In this document: piece by piece, positions 38,764-52,515 of the stretch
How the letters are laid out: the number at the start of each line of letters is the position of its first letter
How positions within the stretch are numbered: the stretch's first letter is position 1
DNA from: Octopus sinensis
Taxonomy: Eukaryota
Assembly: GCF_006345805.1 (NCBI RefSeq)
Contig: NC_042997.1
Location: 75,020,001-75,084,000, forward strand
Length of the DNA stretch: 64,000 bases
Direction: 5' to 3'
Position numbers and translations under genes: made by a program
Notes under the pieces: generated by a model
What the model was told of the DNA's origin: nothing
What the model saw: the letters and a program-made list of their open reading frames with translations, nothing else
The model's database searches: none

Positions 38764-39170
38764 GGCGCAGGAGTGGCTGTGTGGTAAGTAGCTTGTTTAT
38801 CAACCACATGGTTCCGGGTTCAGTCCCACTGCGTGGCACCTTGGGCAAGTGTCCTCTACTATAGCCTCGGGCCGACCAAAGCCTTGTGAGTGGATTTGGT
38901 AGACGGAAACTGAAAGAAGCCCGTCGTATATATGTATATGTATGTATATATATGTGCGTGTGTGTGTTTGTGTTTGTCCCCCTAGCATTGCTTGATAACC
39001 GATGCTGGTGTGCTTATGTCCCCGTTACTTAGCGGTTCGGCAAAAGAGACCGATAGAATAAGTACTGGGCTTACAAAAGAATAAGTCCCGGGGTCGAGTT
39101 GCTCGATTAAAGGCGGTGCTCCAGCATGGCCGCAGTCAAATGACTGAAACAAGTAAAAAAGAGTAAAAAA
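38764..39170 (+). mobile_element. Full-length tRNA-derived SINE
   Basis: A-box-like TGGCTGTGTGG and B-box-like GGTTCAGTCCC; central (TA/TG)n; further copies at 17310, 42325, 43585, 44020. Confidence 0.9.
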
Positions 39171-39189
39171 AAAAAGATATATATACATT

Positions 39190-39390
39190 CAAAATGTGAC
39201 CGCGTGGGTACCGTTGGCGATTTTTTCCTCTGTCTTCCCTTCTCTGGATCTTTCCTTCTCCTATGTTTCCGACGAAGAGCTCCGCTGGAAACGTTAAACC
39301 CTCCTTCTTTCCTTCTTTTCTGAGCTATATTTGTTCTACGTCCTCGCGTTGTTGTGTTTTTTTGTGCTTTCTTGTTTGGATTAACTATAT
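39190..39390 (+). mobile_element. Solo PLE pseudo-LTR-like repeat with hammerhead-like motif (39265-39299)
   Basis: Same family as 47640-48020 and 33230-33340 (minus); CCGACGAAGAGC tcc GCTG GAAACGTTAAAC. Confidence 0.6.
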
Positions 39391-39482
39391 ATATACATAA
39401 ACATATATACTTATATACATATACGCATACACATATGCATACATACAATATATATATATACATATATACATACATATATAAT

Positions 39483-39554
<72 letters not shown>

Positions 39555-40299
39555 TATATATAAGTTCAGTAAAAATTTAGATTCAGTTGAATATGGTACT
39601 TAAGTTAAAGGCACTAGAATTTCATATGGTATTATCCTTATAATTCAAAATGGGGTGATTATAATCAAAATAAGCAACAAGGATATCCAGAGGTAATGCA
39701 GTATGATCGTTTCATGCGACTCCATTTAATTGAACAATGCAAGTATTACATCAGTTTTAAAATGTAAAATTAATAAGTCTTATTAATAATATAACTTTTA
39801 CACAATAGCTTGATCATTTCTTTACTTGATATTAAACACTAGTCATTTATGACAATACCCACGACAAGTAAATAGAACCTTGCTTCTATTGTGGCGAATT
39901 TACCGCCTCTGATTAGATACCTTTCATAATCGCACCGAGACACTTTTCGAAGGTGCTTTTCTCCGTGTGTTCAAATCTTTTTTCTCTACATTGTATACTT
40001 TATAGACAATAGTCTTTTCTTTAATTTAATTTTTTATTATCTATCTGGACTATTCCATTTCTGCACGCCAATTATATTTTTTATTTAATCCCATTCATGT
40101 GAAACCACTTTTTCAAGTTCAAATCATTGATGCAATTTTATACCAATTGTTATTTTTACTTTTGTTATGTTACGATTATATTATGCTTTAGTTTAATTTT
40201 AATTATTACTTAGTAAATATAATTCAATTGTTATTATTATTTTTATTGTTAAAGTGAAAGTATCTGACATAAAATAGAGAAATGTTTTTGTTTCACTTT

Positions 40300-40650
40300 T
40301 AACACATAATACTAAAATAGTGGAGAAGATAGGATATTCCTATGGGCTCGCTCTAGGCAAGAAGTTGAACATTTTTTTTGCCCATGAAACTACATGGACC
40401 CTAAATAAGGCATGTGTAAAATTTGAATGAAATTAGTTGTGTAGTTCTCAAGTTTTAGGGAATCGTATTGGAGAAGATATGATATTGTTGTGGGCTCGCC
40501 CTAGGCAAAAAGTTAAAAACTTTTTTTGCCGATGACACACCCCGGACCCTACGTAAGGCATGTGTAAAATTTGAATGAAATTGGTTGTGCAGTTCTCAAG
40601 TTTTAGGGAAACACACAGACAGACACACACACACACACACATTCTCAGTT
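40300..40650 (-). mobile_element. Helitron-like 5' fragment with a ~150-bp internal tandem duplication
   Basis: Minus strand tatataaaactgagaatgtgtgtg...tctgtctg start; 40343-40461 repeated at 40492-40610. Confidence 0.45.
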
Positions 40651-40721
40651 TTATATATATATATAAAGATATACATATATATATACATATATATATATAC
40701 ATATACGTATGTATATATATG

Positions 40722-40792
<71 letters not shown>

Positions 40793-40906
40793 GTATATAT
40801 ATATGTATATATTAGGATATATATATATATTATATATATGTATATATATATGTATAATATATATATATAATATATATTATATATATGTATATATATATAT
40901 GTATAT

Positions 40907-40955
<49 letters not shown>

Positions 40956-42324
40956 ATATATATGTATATATATATGTATATATATATATTATATATGTAT
41001 ATATATATATATAATATATCATATATATATATATATATGTATATATATTATGTAGAAAAATGCAAAAATGGGACAAGAACGTAAGAAGACGATACAAAAA
41101 TCACGGACGGGACATTCGAAGTCTTCAATCTTCAGTCAAGAACTGGATCATCCTAGCAATTTTTGCTGATTAATCTTGAGATCGCTCCGATCCGGCCAGC
41201 CCCAAGGAAAAACTAAGCTACGAGCATTAGATTTCTTTGAAAAAGGATCGAATGTATACGTATATGTATATAATGGCAATGATTCGATAATGGCAATGTT
41301 TCGTTTGTCGCAGCACACGTCATAATGGCAATGTATATATTATATATAATATATATAATATATATATATATATATTATTGCGCCGCACGTGGGACTGCGA
41401 TGCTACCACAGGTTCCCACACAAGCAGTCCGCAGTTTCCTGCGCATGCGACAACACTCAGCAAATCAGAAACCCACTCCGGACGGTGAAGTAGTGAAACG
41501 TACCCAGTAGAGCCAACCATAACAACAATATTAACACAAACAAAACATTGTGTCGTCAAAGTATTTCTTTCAACAAAACATTCAACAATAGGTCTTTAGA
41601 AAGTTCTATTTTCTTTCCTTCGTTCCTTTAAAAACATATTTCACATATAAGAACAAAGTTCTTTTTTCTTTTCCTTATTTTCTTTTCAAACATTTAACGT
41701 CACAATGTTTTCCTTTTTTCTTTAAACAGTTAACATCACAAAGTTCGTTTCTCAAAAAACATTTAATAACACAGTCATTTTGCTTCGTTCTTTTCTTTTT
41801 TTTTAAATACACATTTAACGGCAATAGTTCTTTCGTTTTATGTCTGCAACTTCGGCGAAAGCTAGCTAAGCACAGTATCTTACTACATCACTTGCCAGTC
41901 GTTAAGATGTCCGTCTCTCGCTCCGTGTATCTCTCTCTGCCCCTGTTTGTTTCTCAACTCAGCGCTACCCGTATGTATGGGGCCGTCCAGCCAGTGCATG
42001 TTTCCCTTCTAAAACTCGGTTACTCTATCATTGTCTTTATCTTCTTTAAACTCTCTGTGACCGTAGAGGGCCAGAGTACAAGTGCCTACGGCCATAAACA
42101 ACCGTGCTGCTTGACAACGCAATGGAAATACCACTGGCCTGAACATCTAGAACACCATTTCGAAACCAGCTAATGAAGGGAAAAGGGACATAATGTTTTT
42201 GTTGGTTTTTTTTTGCGTTCGTATATCAATATATATATATTACATATATATATATGTTACATATACATATATTACATGTATACATATATTACATAGATAT
42301 GTATATAAATTACATATACATATG

Positions 42325-43558
42325 TAGGCGCAGGAGTGGCTGTGTGGTAAGTAGATTGATTACCTATCACATGCTTCCCACAGCGTGACACCTTGGGCAA
42401 GTGTCTTCTACTATAGCCTTGGGCCAACCAAAGACTTGTGAGTGCAGCAACGTCAAAGGAAGGCTAACTAGGAAGATTGTTATAAACACTGAAAATGCAC
42501 AGAGACCAACTTCCTCCACATTCCAGGGAGGAAAACTAGAAATAGTTGATAGCTTCCGTTACCTAGGTGACCAAGTCATTAGTGGGGGCGGGTGTGTTGA
42601 AAGTGTAACTGCTAGAGTAAGAATAGCCTGGGCAAAGTTCAGGGAGCTCGTACCTCTACTGGTAACAAAAAGACTCTCGCTCAGAGTAAAAGGCAGACTA
42701 TGGGCTGTGACTGCTGAGGATATGCGTAAGCTCGCAAGAAATGAAGCCAGTATGCTCCGATGGATGTGCAATGTCAGTGTTCATACTCGACAGCGTGTAA
42801 GTACTTTGAGAGAAAAGTTGGAGCTACGAAGCATCAGTTGTGGTGTGCAAGTGAGACGTTTGCGCTGGTATGATCATGTGACGAGAATGGATGAAGATAG
42901 TTGTGTGAAAAAGTGCCACACCCTAGTTGTTGAGGAAACCTGTGGAAGAGACAGACCCAGGAAAACCTGGGACGTGGTGGTGAAGCAGGACCTTCGAAAT
43001 TTATGTCTCACCGAGGAAGTGACTAGAGACCGAGACCTTTGGAAGTATGCTGTGCGTGAGAAGACCCGGCAGGACACGTGAGACAGTAACCCTTGGCCTC
43101 TACCTATGATGTAGCCAGTCCACTTATGCATACTTTTCCTTCTTGGGACACAAACCTCTACTTGTGAAGACCTGTTGAGATAAGTGAAAATCAAAATCAA
43201 AATCGAAATCGATCAACATCAATGGAAATTGTAGCTGTGATACCAGTGCCGGTGGTACATAAGAGAACCATCCGAATGTGGACGTTGCCAGCTCCGCCCT
43301 GACTGGCCTCCGTGCCGGTGGCACGTAAAAAGCACCATCCAATCGTGGCTGGTTGCCAGCCTCGTCTGGCACCTGTGCTGGTGGCACGTACAAAGCACCC
43401 ACTACACTCACAAAGTGGTTGGCGTTAGGAAGGGCATCCAGCCGTAGAAACATTGCCAGATCAGGCTGGGCCTGGTGCAGCCTTCTGGCTTCCCAGACCC
43501 CAGTTGAACCGTCCAACACATGCTAGCATGGAAAGCGGACGCTAAACGATGGTGATGA
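42325..43558 (+). mobile_element. SINE head (42325-42445) joined to an RTE LINE 3' end (42445-43558)
   Basis: GGCGCAGGAGTGGCTGTGTGG head; ORF 42401..43081 with LEIVDSFRYLGDQV...GRDRPRKTW; (GAT)n tail. Confidence 0.85.
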
Positions 43559-43584
43559 TATATATATATTATATATATATATGT

Positions 43585-43940
43585 TGCTAACCAACTACAT
43601 GACTCCGGGTTCAGTCCCACTGCGTGGCATCTTGGGCAAGTGTCTTCTAATATAGCCCCGGGCCGACCAATGCCTTGTGAGTGGATTTGGTAGACGGAAA
43701 CTGAAAGAAGCCTGTCGTATATATGTATATATATATATGTATGTGTGTGTTTTAGCATTGCTTGACAACCGATGCTGGTGTGTTTACGTCCCCGTCACTT
43801 AGCGGTTCGGCAAAAAGACACCGATAGAATAAGTACTGGGCTTACAAAGAATAAGTCCCGGGGTCGATTTGCTCGACTAAAGGTGGTGCTCCAGCATGGC
43901 CGCAGTCAAATTAATGAAACAAGTAAGAGAAAGTAAAGAG
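43585..43940 (+). mobile_element. 5'-truncated tRNA-derived SINE
   Basis: Matches 38764-39170. Confidence 0.85.
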
Positions 43941-44019
43941 TATATATATATATATGTATAATATATATATATGTATATTATATATATACATATGTATAAT
44001 ATATATATATGTATATTTT

Positions 44020-44432
44020 ATATACTCTTTTACTCTTTTACTTGTTTCAGTCATTTGACTGCGGCCATGCGGGAGCACCGCTATTAGTCGAGCAAATCGA
44101 CCCCGGGACTTATTCTTTGTAAGCCCAGTACTTATTCTATCGGTCTCTTTTGCCGAACCGCTAGGTGACGGGGACGTAAACACACCAGCATCGGTTGTCA
44201 AGCAATGCTAGGGGGACAAACACAGACACACAAACATATACACACACACTTATATATATATACATATATACGACAGGCTTCTTTCAGTTTCCGTCTACCA
44301 AATCCACTCACAAGGCATTGGTCGGCCCGGGGCTATAGCAGAAGACACTTGCCCAAGATGCCACGCAGTGGGACTGAACCCGAACCATGTGGTTGGTTAG
44401 CAAGTTACTTACCACACAGCCACTCCTGCGCC
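44020..44432 (-). mobile_element. Full-length tRNA-derived SINE
   Basis: Reverse complement of the 38764-39170 family. Confidence 0.9.
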
Positions 44433-44760
44433 TATATATATGTATATGTATGATATGTATATATAATATATATATATTTCATATATATACAGTACTGTAT
44501 TATATTATACTATATTTTATATTTTATGTGGTATCTTCCATCTACTTTGTATTGTGAATAGCAGAATGCACATATTCCGTTATTGGTATTATTATTAATA
44601 ATAATAATAATATTTATAGTTTTGGTAATTTAATACAATGAACTTAGGACTTTGTATATGTACCCTTTGATGTGGATATATATGTATACTCCAGTATATA
44701 TATTTGATTATCAGTAACCTTATGTGTATGTATATTATTATATATATACTTATATATATT

Positions 44761-44800
<40 letters not shown>

Positions 44801-45999
44801 CACTTATATATATATGTATATATATATGTATATATATATGTATATATACACTTTATACGGTCGTTACATAGACGACTGTATAGGCGCCACCTCCCTTTCC
44901 CGCGAACAACTCTGCCACTTCATCTCTTTCCTCTCTAACTTCCACCCCTCTCTACAATTCACTTCCACCATATCCAATACTTCCGTTAACTTCCTTGATA
45001 TCTCACTCAGCATCGACCACCCCTCCCACTCTCTCACCACCTCCGCCTTCTTCAAACCCACGGATTCCCACCTCTATCTCAACTTCTCCACCTCCCATCC
45101 CTTCCACACCAAACGGGCTATCCCCTACTCCCAGTAGCCGCGACCAGGATTTCGAGACCCAGACTCAATACCTGGCCCGCCTGTTCAGGCTTCGAGGATA
45201 CCCACCTACCCTGGTCTTGAACGCCCTCGCCCGCGCTCGTCGCATCGACCGCACCACCGCCCTTTCTCCTTCCAATCACCCACCCCCAACCGCACCCCCT
45301 TTCCCCTCCTTTTCCACCCCTCTACTCTACCCCTTCGTCGGAAGATACTTCGTGCCTTCCGTCGTCTCCAGCTCGATTCCACGACCCACCCCATTTTCCC
45401 CAACCCACCCCTGTCCTCCTTCAAACGAGCCCGGAATCTACACGACCTCCTGGTCCGCAGCACCCTCCCTTCTTCCCCCTCGGCCCCACTCGGATCCTTC
45501 CCATGCTCCAGATCCCGCTGCAACACCTGCCCCTTCATCACCAACACCACTGCTGTCACCGGTTCCAACCGGCGAACTGTACGTATCAGGTCTTCCTTTA
45601 CGTGCACCTCGTCTGGACTCATATACTGCATTAAATGCAACCGCTGCAGGATGCTGTATATAGGACAGACGGGACGCCGGTTGTCAGACCGATTCGCCGA
45701 GCATCTGCGGGATGTTCGTCTACTTTCCAGTTCTCCCGTCGCACGGCACTTCCGCTCGGCCAGACATTCCCCGATGACATCTCGGTGTTTGGTCTTGCTC
45801 CACACAACGGCTCTCCACAATCTAGGCTTCACTTGGAGCAACGGTTCATATTCCTTCTACGGACTCTAACCCCACACGGACTCAACACAGCCCCCTCCTC
45901 TTAGTGACTGCTCTCCACTTCTCCCCAGGCATCTTTTATTTTTTATTTTTTATTTTTTGTTTATTAATTATTATTTATTTTTTATATTTTAAAAAATTT

Positions 46000-47580
46000 T
46001 TATAATCGTCCTTATGCAGTCACACACACACATACTCACGTACCCACGAACACACCTACTCCCAACACACCACACACACACAACGTACATGCACATGTAC
46101 GCACACATACTTCCACACCCATACACACACCCACACACCCCCACGCGCACACACACACATGCCTGTGCACACACACCAGGGACAATACTCATACATATAC
46201 GCACACTCCTATAAACACCTAGCTGGGACGCACAGATACACGCACGTAAGCGCACACACGCACATGTACCTTACATACAAATACATACACACATACATAC
46301 ACACACATACCCACACACACACGCACACACACATACATACACACACATACATACATACACACACGTACACACACATACATACATACATACATTCACACAT
46401 ACATACACACATACACACACACACAAACATACATACACACACATACACACACACATACACATACATACACACATACACACACATACATATACATACATAC
46501 ATACACACACACATACACACATACACGAATACATACATACATACACACACACACATACACACATACATATACATACATACACACACATACATATACACAC
46601 ATAGGTACACACACGCACATGCACACATACATATACATACATACATACAGACACACACATACACACATACATAGATACATACACACATACATACATATAC
46701 ATACATACACACACATACATATACACACATACGTACACACACGCACATGCACACATACATATACATACATACATACACGCATGCACGCATACACGCATGC
46801 ACACATACATACATACACACACGCGTACATATACTTACATACATACACATACACATACACACACACACTTACACACATACACCCGTACATACATACACAC
46901 ACACTTGCATACACACACATACATACACATTTACACACATACACACACACATACATACACACACGCATACATATACATACACACACACATACACACATAC
47001 ATACATACATACACACATACATACACACATACATACATAGATACATACATACACAAACATACATATACATACATACATACACACACACATACACACATAC
47101 GCACGCACACATACATACATACATACATACACACACATACACACACACGTACATACATACATACATACATACATACATACACACAAACTTACACACATAC
47201 ACATACATACATTTACATATATATACATACATACATTTACATATATATATACTATACACTCACACACATACCCATGTACAAACACACACAAACTCACATA
47301 CACACCGACAGATATACATACACAATATACACCTATTCGCGCACGCACACATACACACAAACACATACAAACGCACACATACACGCACACACATACACGT
47401 ACATACATACACTCTCACACAAATGAACCCACACATACATCCCTACACACACACACGCACGTACAAGCACACACGCACTAGGTTAAACAATTACCCGCCA
47501 CACACCCACACTCTACGCATACACACACGAACACACACATGCACACACACACACACACTACAAACAACACACACACATGA
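46000..47580. repeat. (CA)/(TACA)n microsatellite field
   Basis: Direct reading. Confidence 0.95.
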
Positions 47581-47865
47581 TACATATAGCCCTTTGTTTT
47601 TTTGACCTGGCTTTGATCTGGCCTGATACAAACAGCTAGTTGTCATTGCCTTTATTCACCAAAAATACACACACACACGCACAAACACACTTGCCATCTT
47701 GCACACACACACACACACGCATTCCTTTTTTGGAACTCTCTGGCCTTGTAAAACCATGTTTCGACCACCTTCAACTTCTGTTCTTTCAATATGTGATCTC
47801 TTGAGCACTATCAGCTCATATATTTTCTCCTCTGTCTTCCCTCCTTGGGATCTTTCTTTCTCCTT

Positions 47866-47900
47866 GTTTCCGACGAAGAGCTCCGCTCGAAACGTTAAAC
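47866..47900 (+). ncRNA. Minimal hammerhead-like motif, U4C plus extra-A variant
   Basis: GTTT-CCGACGA-A-GAGC tcc GCTC-GAAA-CG-TT-AAAC. Confidence 0.5.
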
Positions 47901-48018
47901 CCTCCTTCCCTTCTTTCCTGAGCGTCAATAATACTTTAATTGTTCCACGTCCTGCGTTGCTGTGTTTCTTTCTAATTTTTTCTCTTTTTTTCTTTTTTTT
48001 TTTCTTGTTTGGATTAAC

Positions 48019-48116
<98 letters not shown>

Positions 48117-48180
48117 ATATTGTATATATTCTTGTGTATTTTGTTTCATATTTATATTTGCATTTTATATTTTCATAATT

Positions 48181-50115
48181 GTACTTTATAATCTTTGACG
48201 AGGCCTTGAGATATATATATATAAGTAACTCATTTTAACTGCATATTACCTCAATACATCTGACTAATATAGGCACAATGAGATACCTTTATCTACAGGC
48301 TGAAACAGCTGCAAGATCCATTTTATTTGTAATATTTTTATGGTATTATCTTACTTATTGATGTATATTGTTTTATTCTGTTCTATTCTGTTGGATTTGG
48401 ATGTTCCTATTTAATTAGTTAATAAATTATATGAATTGGTATTATCTGTAAGTTGATGATTGAAAGGAATCTGTTCCTCCATTTTCTTATTTGTATTATG
48501 ATTTTGAGGTAAAACATTTTACCTTCGCCCATCTAATACAATAAATGAACTAATTGCATTGCAATTGTAAGCATTTATGTATTAGCCTTTTGGGTACTTC
48601 ACTGGCAGTATATTGGATAACTGATATCCCCTAGTGGGTTACACTCATAACCCCATCTCACTTTGTACTTTTAAGTTAATTTTCTGATGAATTTGCATTG
48701 CTAATACTTATGTACATGAAGTATCTATTCAATATTTTAAGTGTTGATATATAAGTGAGTGCATCCAAGTATAGTACATCAATTCCACAGGATGAATACT
48801 GCTGGTAAAATGGAGATTTGGATCAATTCATCAATGAATGATGTACCCATACCAACTAGGGACCACTACACTAAAGAGCTTATTTACAGAATGAACGAGT
48901 TTATACGCAGGATTAGATGGAAAGTATTTCACCACGAAAAAAATATAAGAAAAGTGAACCAAGAAGGAAGTAATGACCTCAACCGTAATGGAACAAGGAG
49001 TAACTATGAGGAAGCAATTAAAATAATGGGAAATACCTTCAAATCTTGGAAATCACCACCACCAAACAAACATCTGGAAAACTTCGAGCAGGAATTATGG
49101 GACACCATCAGAAATATTAAATTTAAAAACCACCCATTGAGGAACAACCCGTACCAAAGAAAACTAAAGGAATTAATAAGAACTGTTGAGGGAATGAATG
49201 GTATATTAACCCATTCTGACAAAACTAATAACATTTACAATATTGACATTCTTACATACCACGAGTTATTGCATAAAGAAATCATGAAGAAGTATAAAAT
49301 TGTACCATTTGATACACTCAGAAAATTAAATTCAGAAGCTAAGGAAATTATGTTTGATTACTATCTCTATATTATAAATCTGAAATGCGAAAAGTTTGTT
49401 TGTTTGTCAGGTTTTGGCATTGAGAACGGCCACTAGATCCCGTCGGATTGACTCCAAAATTTACAGGGACATATAAAATGAGGTGAGGATGCCAGTAGGC
49501 TAGGTTAGAAATCCCTATCTGTCTTCCTTCGTCACTCACTCTCTTTCCTCCCTTCCCATCACATTCTATCTATAACGTCGTTTAACAGTGTCTAACTCCC
49601 TTCACTTTCTCTTTATAACGTCGTCAAACAGCGTTCTATATCTCCCCCTCACCGCCTTCGACAGCGCTTTCACACTCTCTCTCTCTCTCTACGTCTATCT
49701 GCATTCATAGACAGAATTATCATCGCCACCACCACAACACAATCATGAGAACAAATATTATGAATCAGATATTTATAGGGTTAATTTATATATATATATG
49801 TGTGTGGGGGGGTTCTATATATAAATATGTATATTAAACTTTTTAATACTTTTTGATAGTTATATATATATATTTTTAAATTATAAATATAAATTAATTA
49901 TTTTAATTTTAAATTTAAATAATTTGAATTTTAAAATTTTATATTTTGTATATTTTGTATATTATATTTTTATTTTATGTTTTCTTTTATGTTTTTCACT
50001 GTTTTATTTGCCTAATAGTGGTTTTATCTCATATTTAATTTATATATATATATATATTATATATATATATATATATTATATATATATATAATTTGTATAC
50101 ATTTGTATATATAAT

Positions 50116-50180
<65 letters not shown>

Positions 50181-52465
50181 ATATGTGCATTATGTGGTCG
50201 GTTGTGCTGAAAATATGCACACCTATGTTAAAAGCGCTGGCGAGTTATCATGGCAACTATTTTTTTCCTCAAATGAAGGGCGTCACCTCTAGGACAAAAT
50301 TCCTCATCTTATAAAATGAGACCCGAGTAGACCCAAATGAAATCGGGTTATATTAACCAAAATGTGAAAAGAGGTCTAAATGGGGCTTGAAGGGGATTAA
50401 AATTTACAGGAGCGGGTGTTTAGGAATTCTCTGTTACATCAAGCTAAAAAATTTGCGCCAGCCTTTAAATCGTCAATGTGTTGACGTCCATGATGAAGAA
50501 GTTTTGAATGCTTGCCATGGTGAGTCTACTTCAAAGCTTGGTGTTTAGGAATTTCCTTTTACATCAAGTTCAAAATTTTACGCCAGCCGTTAAACTGCTA
50601 CTATGTTACTGTCAGTCGTTAAGAAATGCCAGTCATGGTGACTCTACTATCCTCAGATTCTATCCTTTCAAACTTTGGTTTCCAATATTTTTAATTTTTA
50701 TTCAGCTCGCAAGTTCGTCTATCCCTTTGAAATGTTAGTGTTTTGCTGTCTGCCTTGAAGCAGACCTTTCCGTTGTCACTGCCTGATATTTATGATTGAT
50801 CTTTCAAACTACTTTCTTTCTCAACTTACTCAAGATCTTTTGTTGTTTATAAATGGGAGATAGATAGATAGAGAAAGATAGAGAGTAAGAGAAAGCGAGG
50901 GAGAGTCCGAGAGAAATGAAGAGTAAGAGAGTGGGAAAGGGAGAGAGAAAGGAGAGAGAAACAAAGAGGGAGAATCATTATCATCATCGCTTAACGTCCG
51001 TTTTCCGTGCTAGAATGGTTTGGACGGTGTGACCGAGGTCTGGGAAGCCAGGAGGCTGCACCAGGCTCCAGTCTGATCTGGCAGTGTTCCTACAGCTGGA
51101 TGCCCTTCCTAACGCCAACCACTCCGTGATTGTAGTGGATGCTTTTTTCGTGCCACCGGCACAGGTTTCACGGGGGGAGGGGCACTGGCAGCGGCCACGA
51201 TCGGTTGGTGCTTTTTACGTGCCACCGGCACAGAAGCCAGTGAAGGCGGCGCTGCCATCGGCCACATTCGGATGCTGCTTTTTACGTGCCGAAAAGATGC
51301 AACAGAAAATAACAACCACACTCTTACCCGTGCGTAGAGCGGGTCACCTTAAGCTAGTCTAGAAGATAAAACTGAACCCTATACTCCTTAGAATTACAAT
51401 TAAGGATCATAAAGATAATTTCCCTGGTAATACACAAGTTAGACTGATTTGTCCTAGCAAATCCAACTTAAGTAAATTAAGTAAACTAATCCTAGACAAA
51501 TATTTACCAACTATAAGAAACAAAATTAAGCTTAGTCTTTGGAAGAATATACAGAGCACACTGGATTGGTTCTCTGGTATTAAGGTTAGTAATGGTAGTA
51601 ACAATAAATTTATCCAACTAGATATCCAGAACTATTACTCTTCTATAAACCCTATTATACTGAACCAGGCTTTAATTTTTGCTATGAGACATACTAACAT
51701 CAGCATGAGGGAAATCAAGGTTATTTTAATTGATAGGAAAACAGTCATAGAATTCGATAACAAATTATGCGCTAGGAAGGACACACCCATCTTATTTGAC
51801 ATCACTATGGGATCGCCGGATTCAGCGGAAGCGACTGATTTAGTAGGGATGTATTTACTGGATAATTTAAGTAGGGAATTCCCTGAATTGAAGGGCAGCC
51901 TATATAGAGACGACGCTTTGTTTTTAGTTAAGAATACATCTAATAGAAGACTAGAAATACTGAAAAAACGACTGCACAAATATTTTAAGAGTTTTGGATT
52001 ATCAATAATTATTGAAAATGAAAATTACTCTGTCAATTATTTAGATGTTAATTGCGACCTCACTAATGGAATACACGAACCTTATGTTAAACCTAATTCT
52101 AATTTAGTCTATATAAACTACTCTAGCAATCACCCCCCCGCCTCAAATTAAAAGGTCACTTTTGCTTAGCATTAGTCAAAGAATCTTTTATCTATCCTCG
52201 AATGTAGATATATTTAATAGACATAGTGAAAAATACGACTCTGCATTACATAAGGCAGGTTATATTGGTAAAATTAAGTATATACCTAGTAACAACCTTA
52301 GTGATAGAAATAGGTCAACTACTACAAATATAAATGGGTTGGGTGGGGCTAACGGCAACTCTAGGGTAAATGGCAATAAGGAATATAATATTGTGAATGG
52401 TAATAATACTAGTAGCGGTATAAACGGAACTAAAGATCTTATATTAAATGACTCAGCACATAACA

Positions 52466-52467
<2 letters not shown>
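48181..52467 (+). mobile_element. Penelope-like element (same type as 25550-27880), interrupted by a Helitron and cut off at the (AAT)n/Tx1 array
   Basis: FIRRIRWK, FKSWKSPP, SDKTNNIY; resumes at 51358 with LEDKTEPY, KDHK, RLICPSKSNL, FDITMGSPDS, LYRDDAL, NYLDV, SNHPP. Confidence 0.85.
49364..51357 (+). mobile_element. Non-autonomous Helitron with nested cargo (microsatellites, unclassified DNA, RTE-tail repeat at 50977-51295)
   Basis: A|TCTCTATATTATAAATC...GCGAAAAGTTTGTTTGTTTG start; hairpin ACCCG/CGGGT at 51326-51344; CTAG|T end; excision restores GAT TAC TAT CTA GAA GAT of the host ORF. Confidence 0.85.

Positions 52468-52515
<48 letters not shown>

Larger units (their letters stand above)
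44850..48020 (+). mobile_element. 5'-truncated Penelope-like element (Neptune-type Cys linker); its probable 3' pLTR lies beyond a 1.6-kb microsatellite
   Basis: RYIDD, VNFLDI, FKPTDSHLYL...SHP, RGYP, CSRSRCNTC, IYCIKCNRCRMLYIGQTGRRLSDRFAEH...VARHF...EQRFIFLLRTLTPHGLN; pLTR-like 47640-48020. Confidence 0.85.

Noticed and set aside
41090-41180. Minus-strand CTGAAGA...TTCGAATGTC hammerhead-like text
   Set aside because: GAAA and stem II are broken; too decayed to call.
1551-50314. Many long ORFs rich in YI/HT/VC repeats
   Set aside because: They are translations of (TA)n, (CA)n and (TACA)n microsatellites, not genes.
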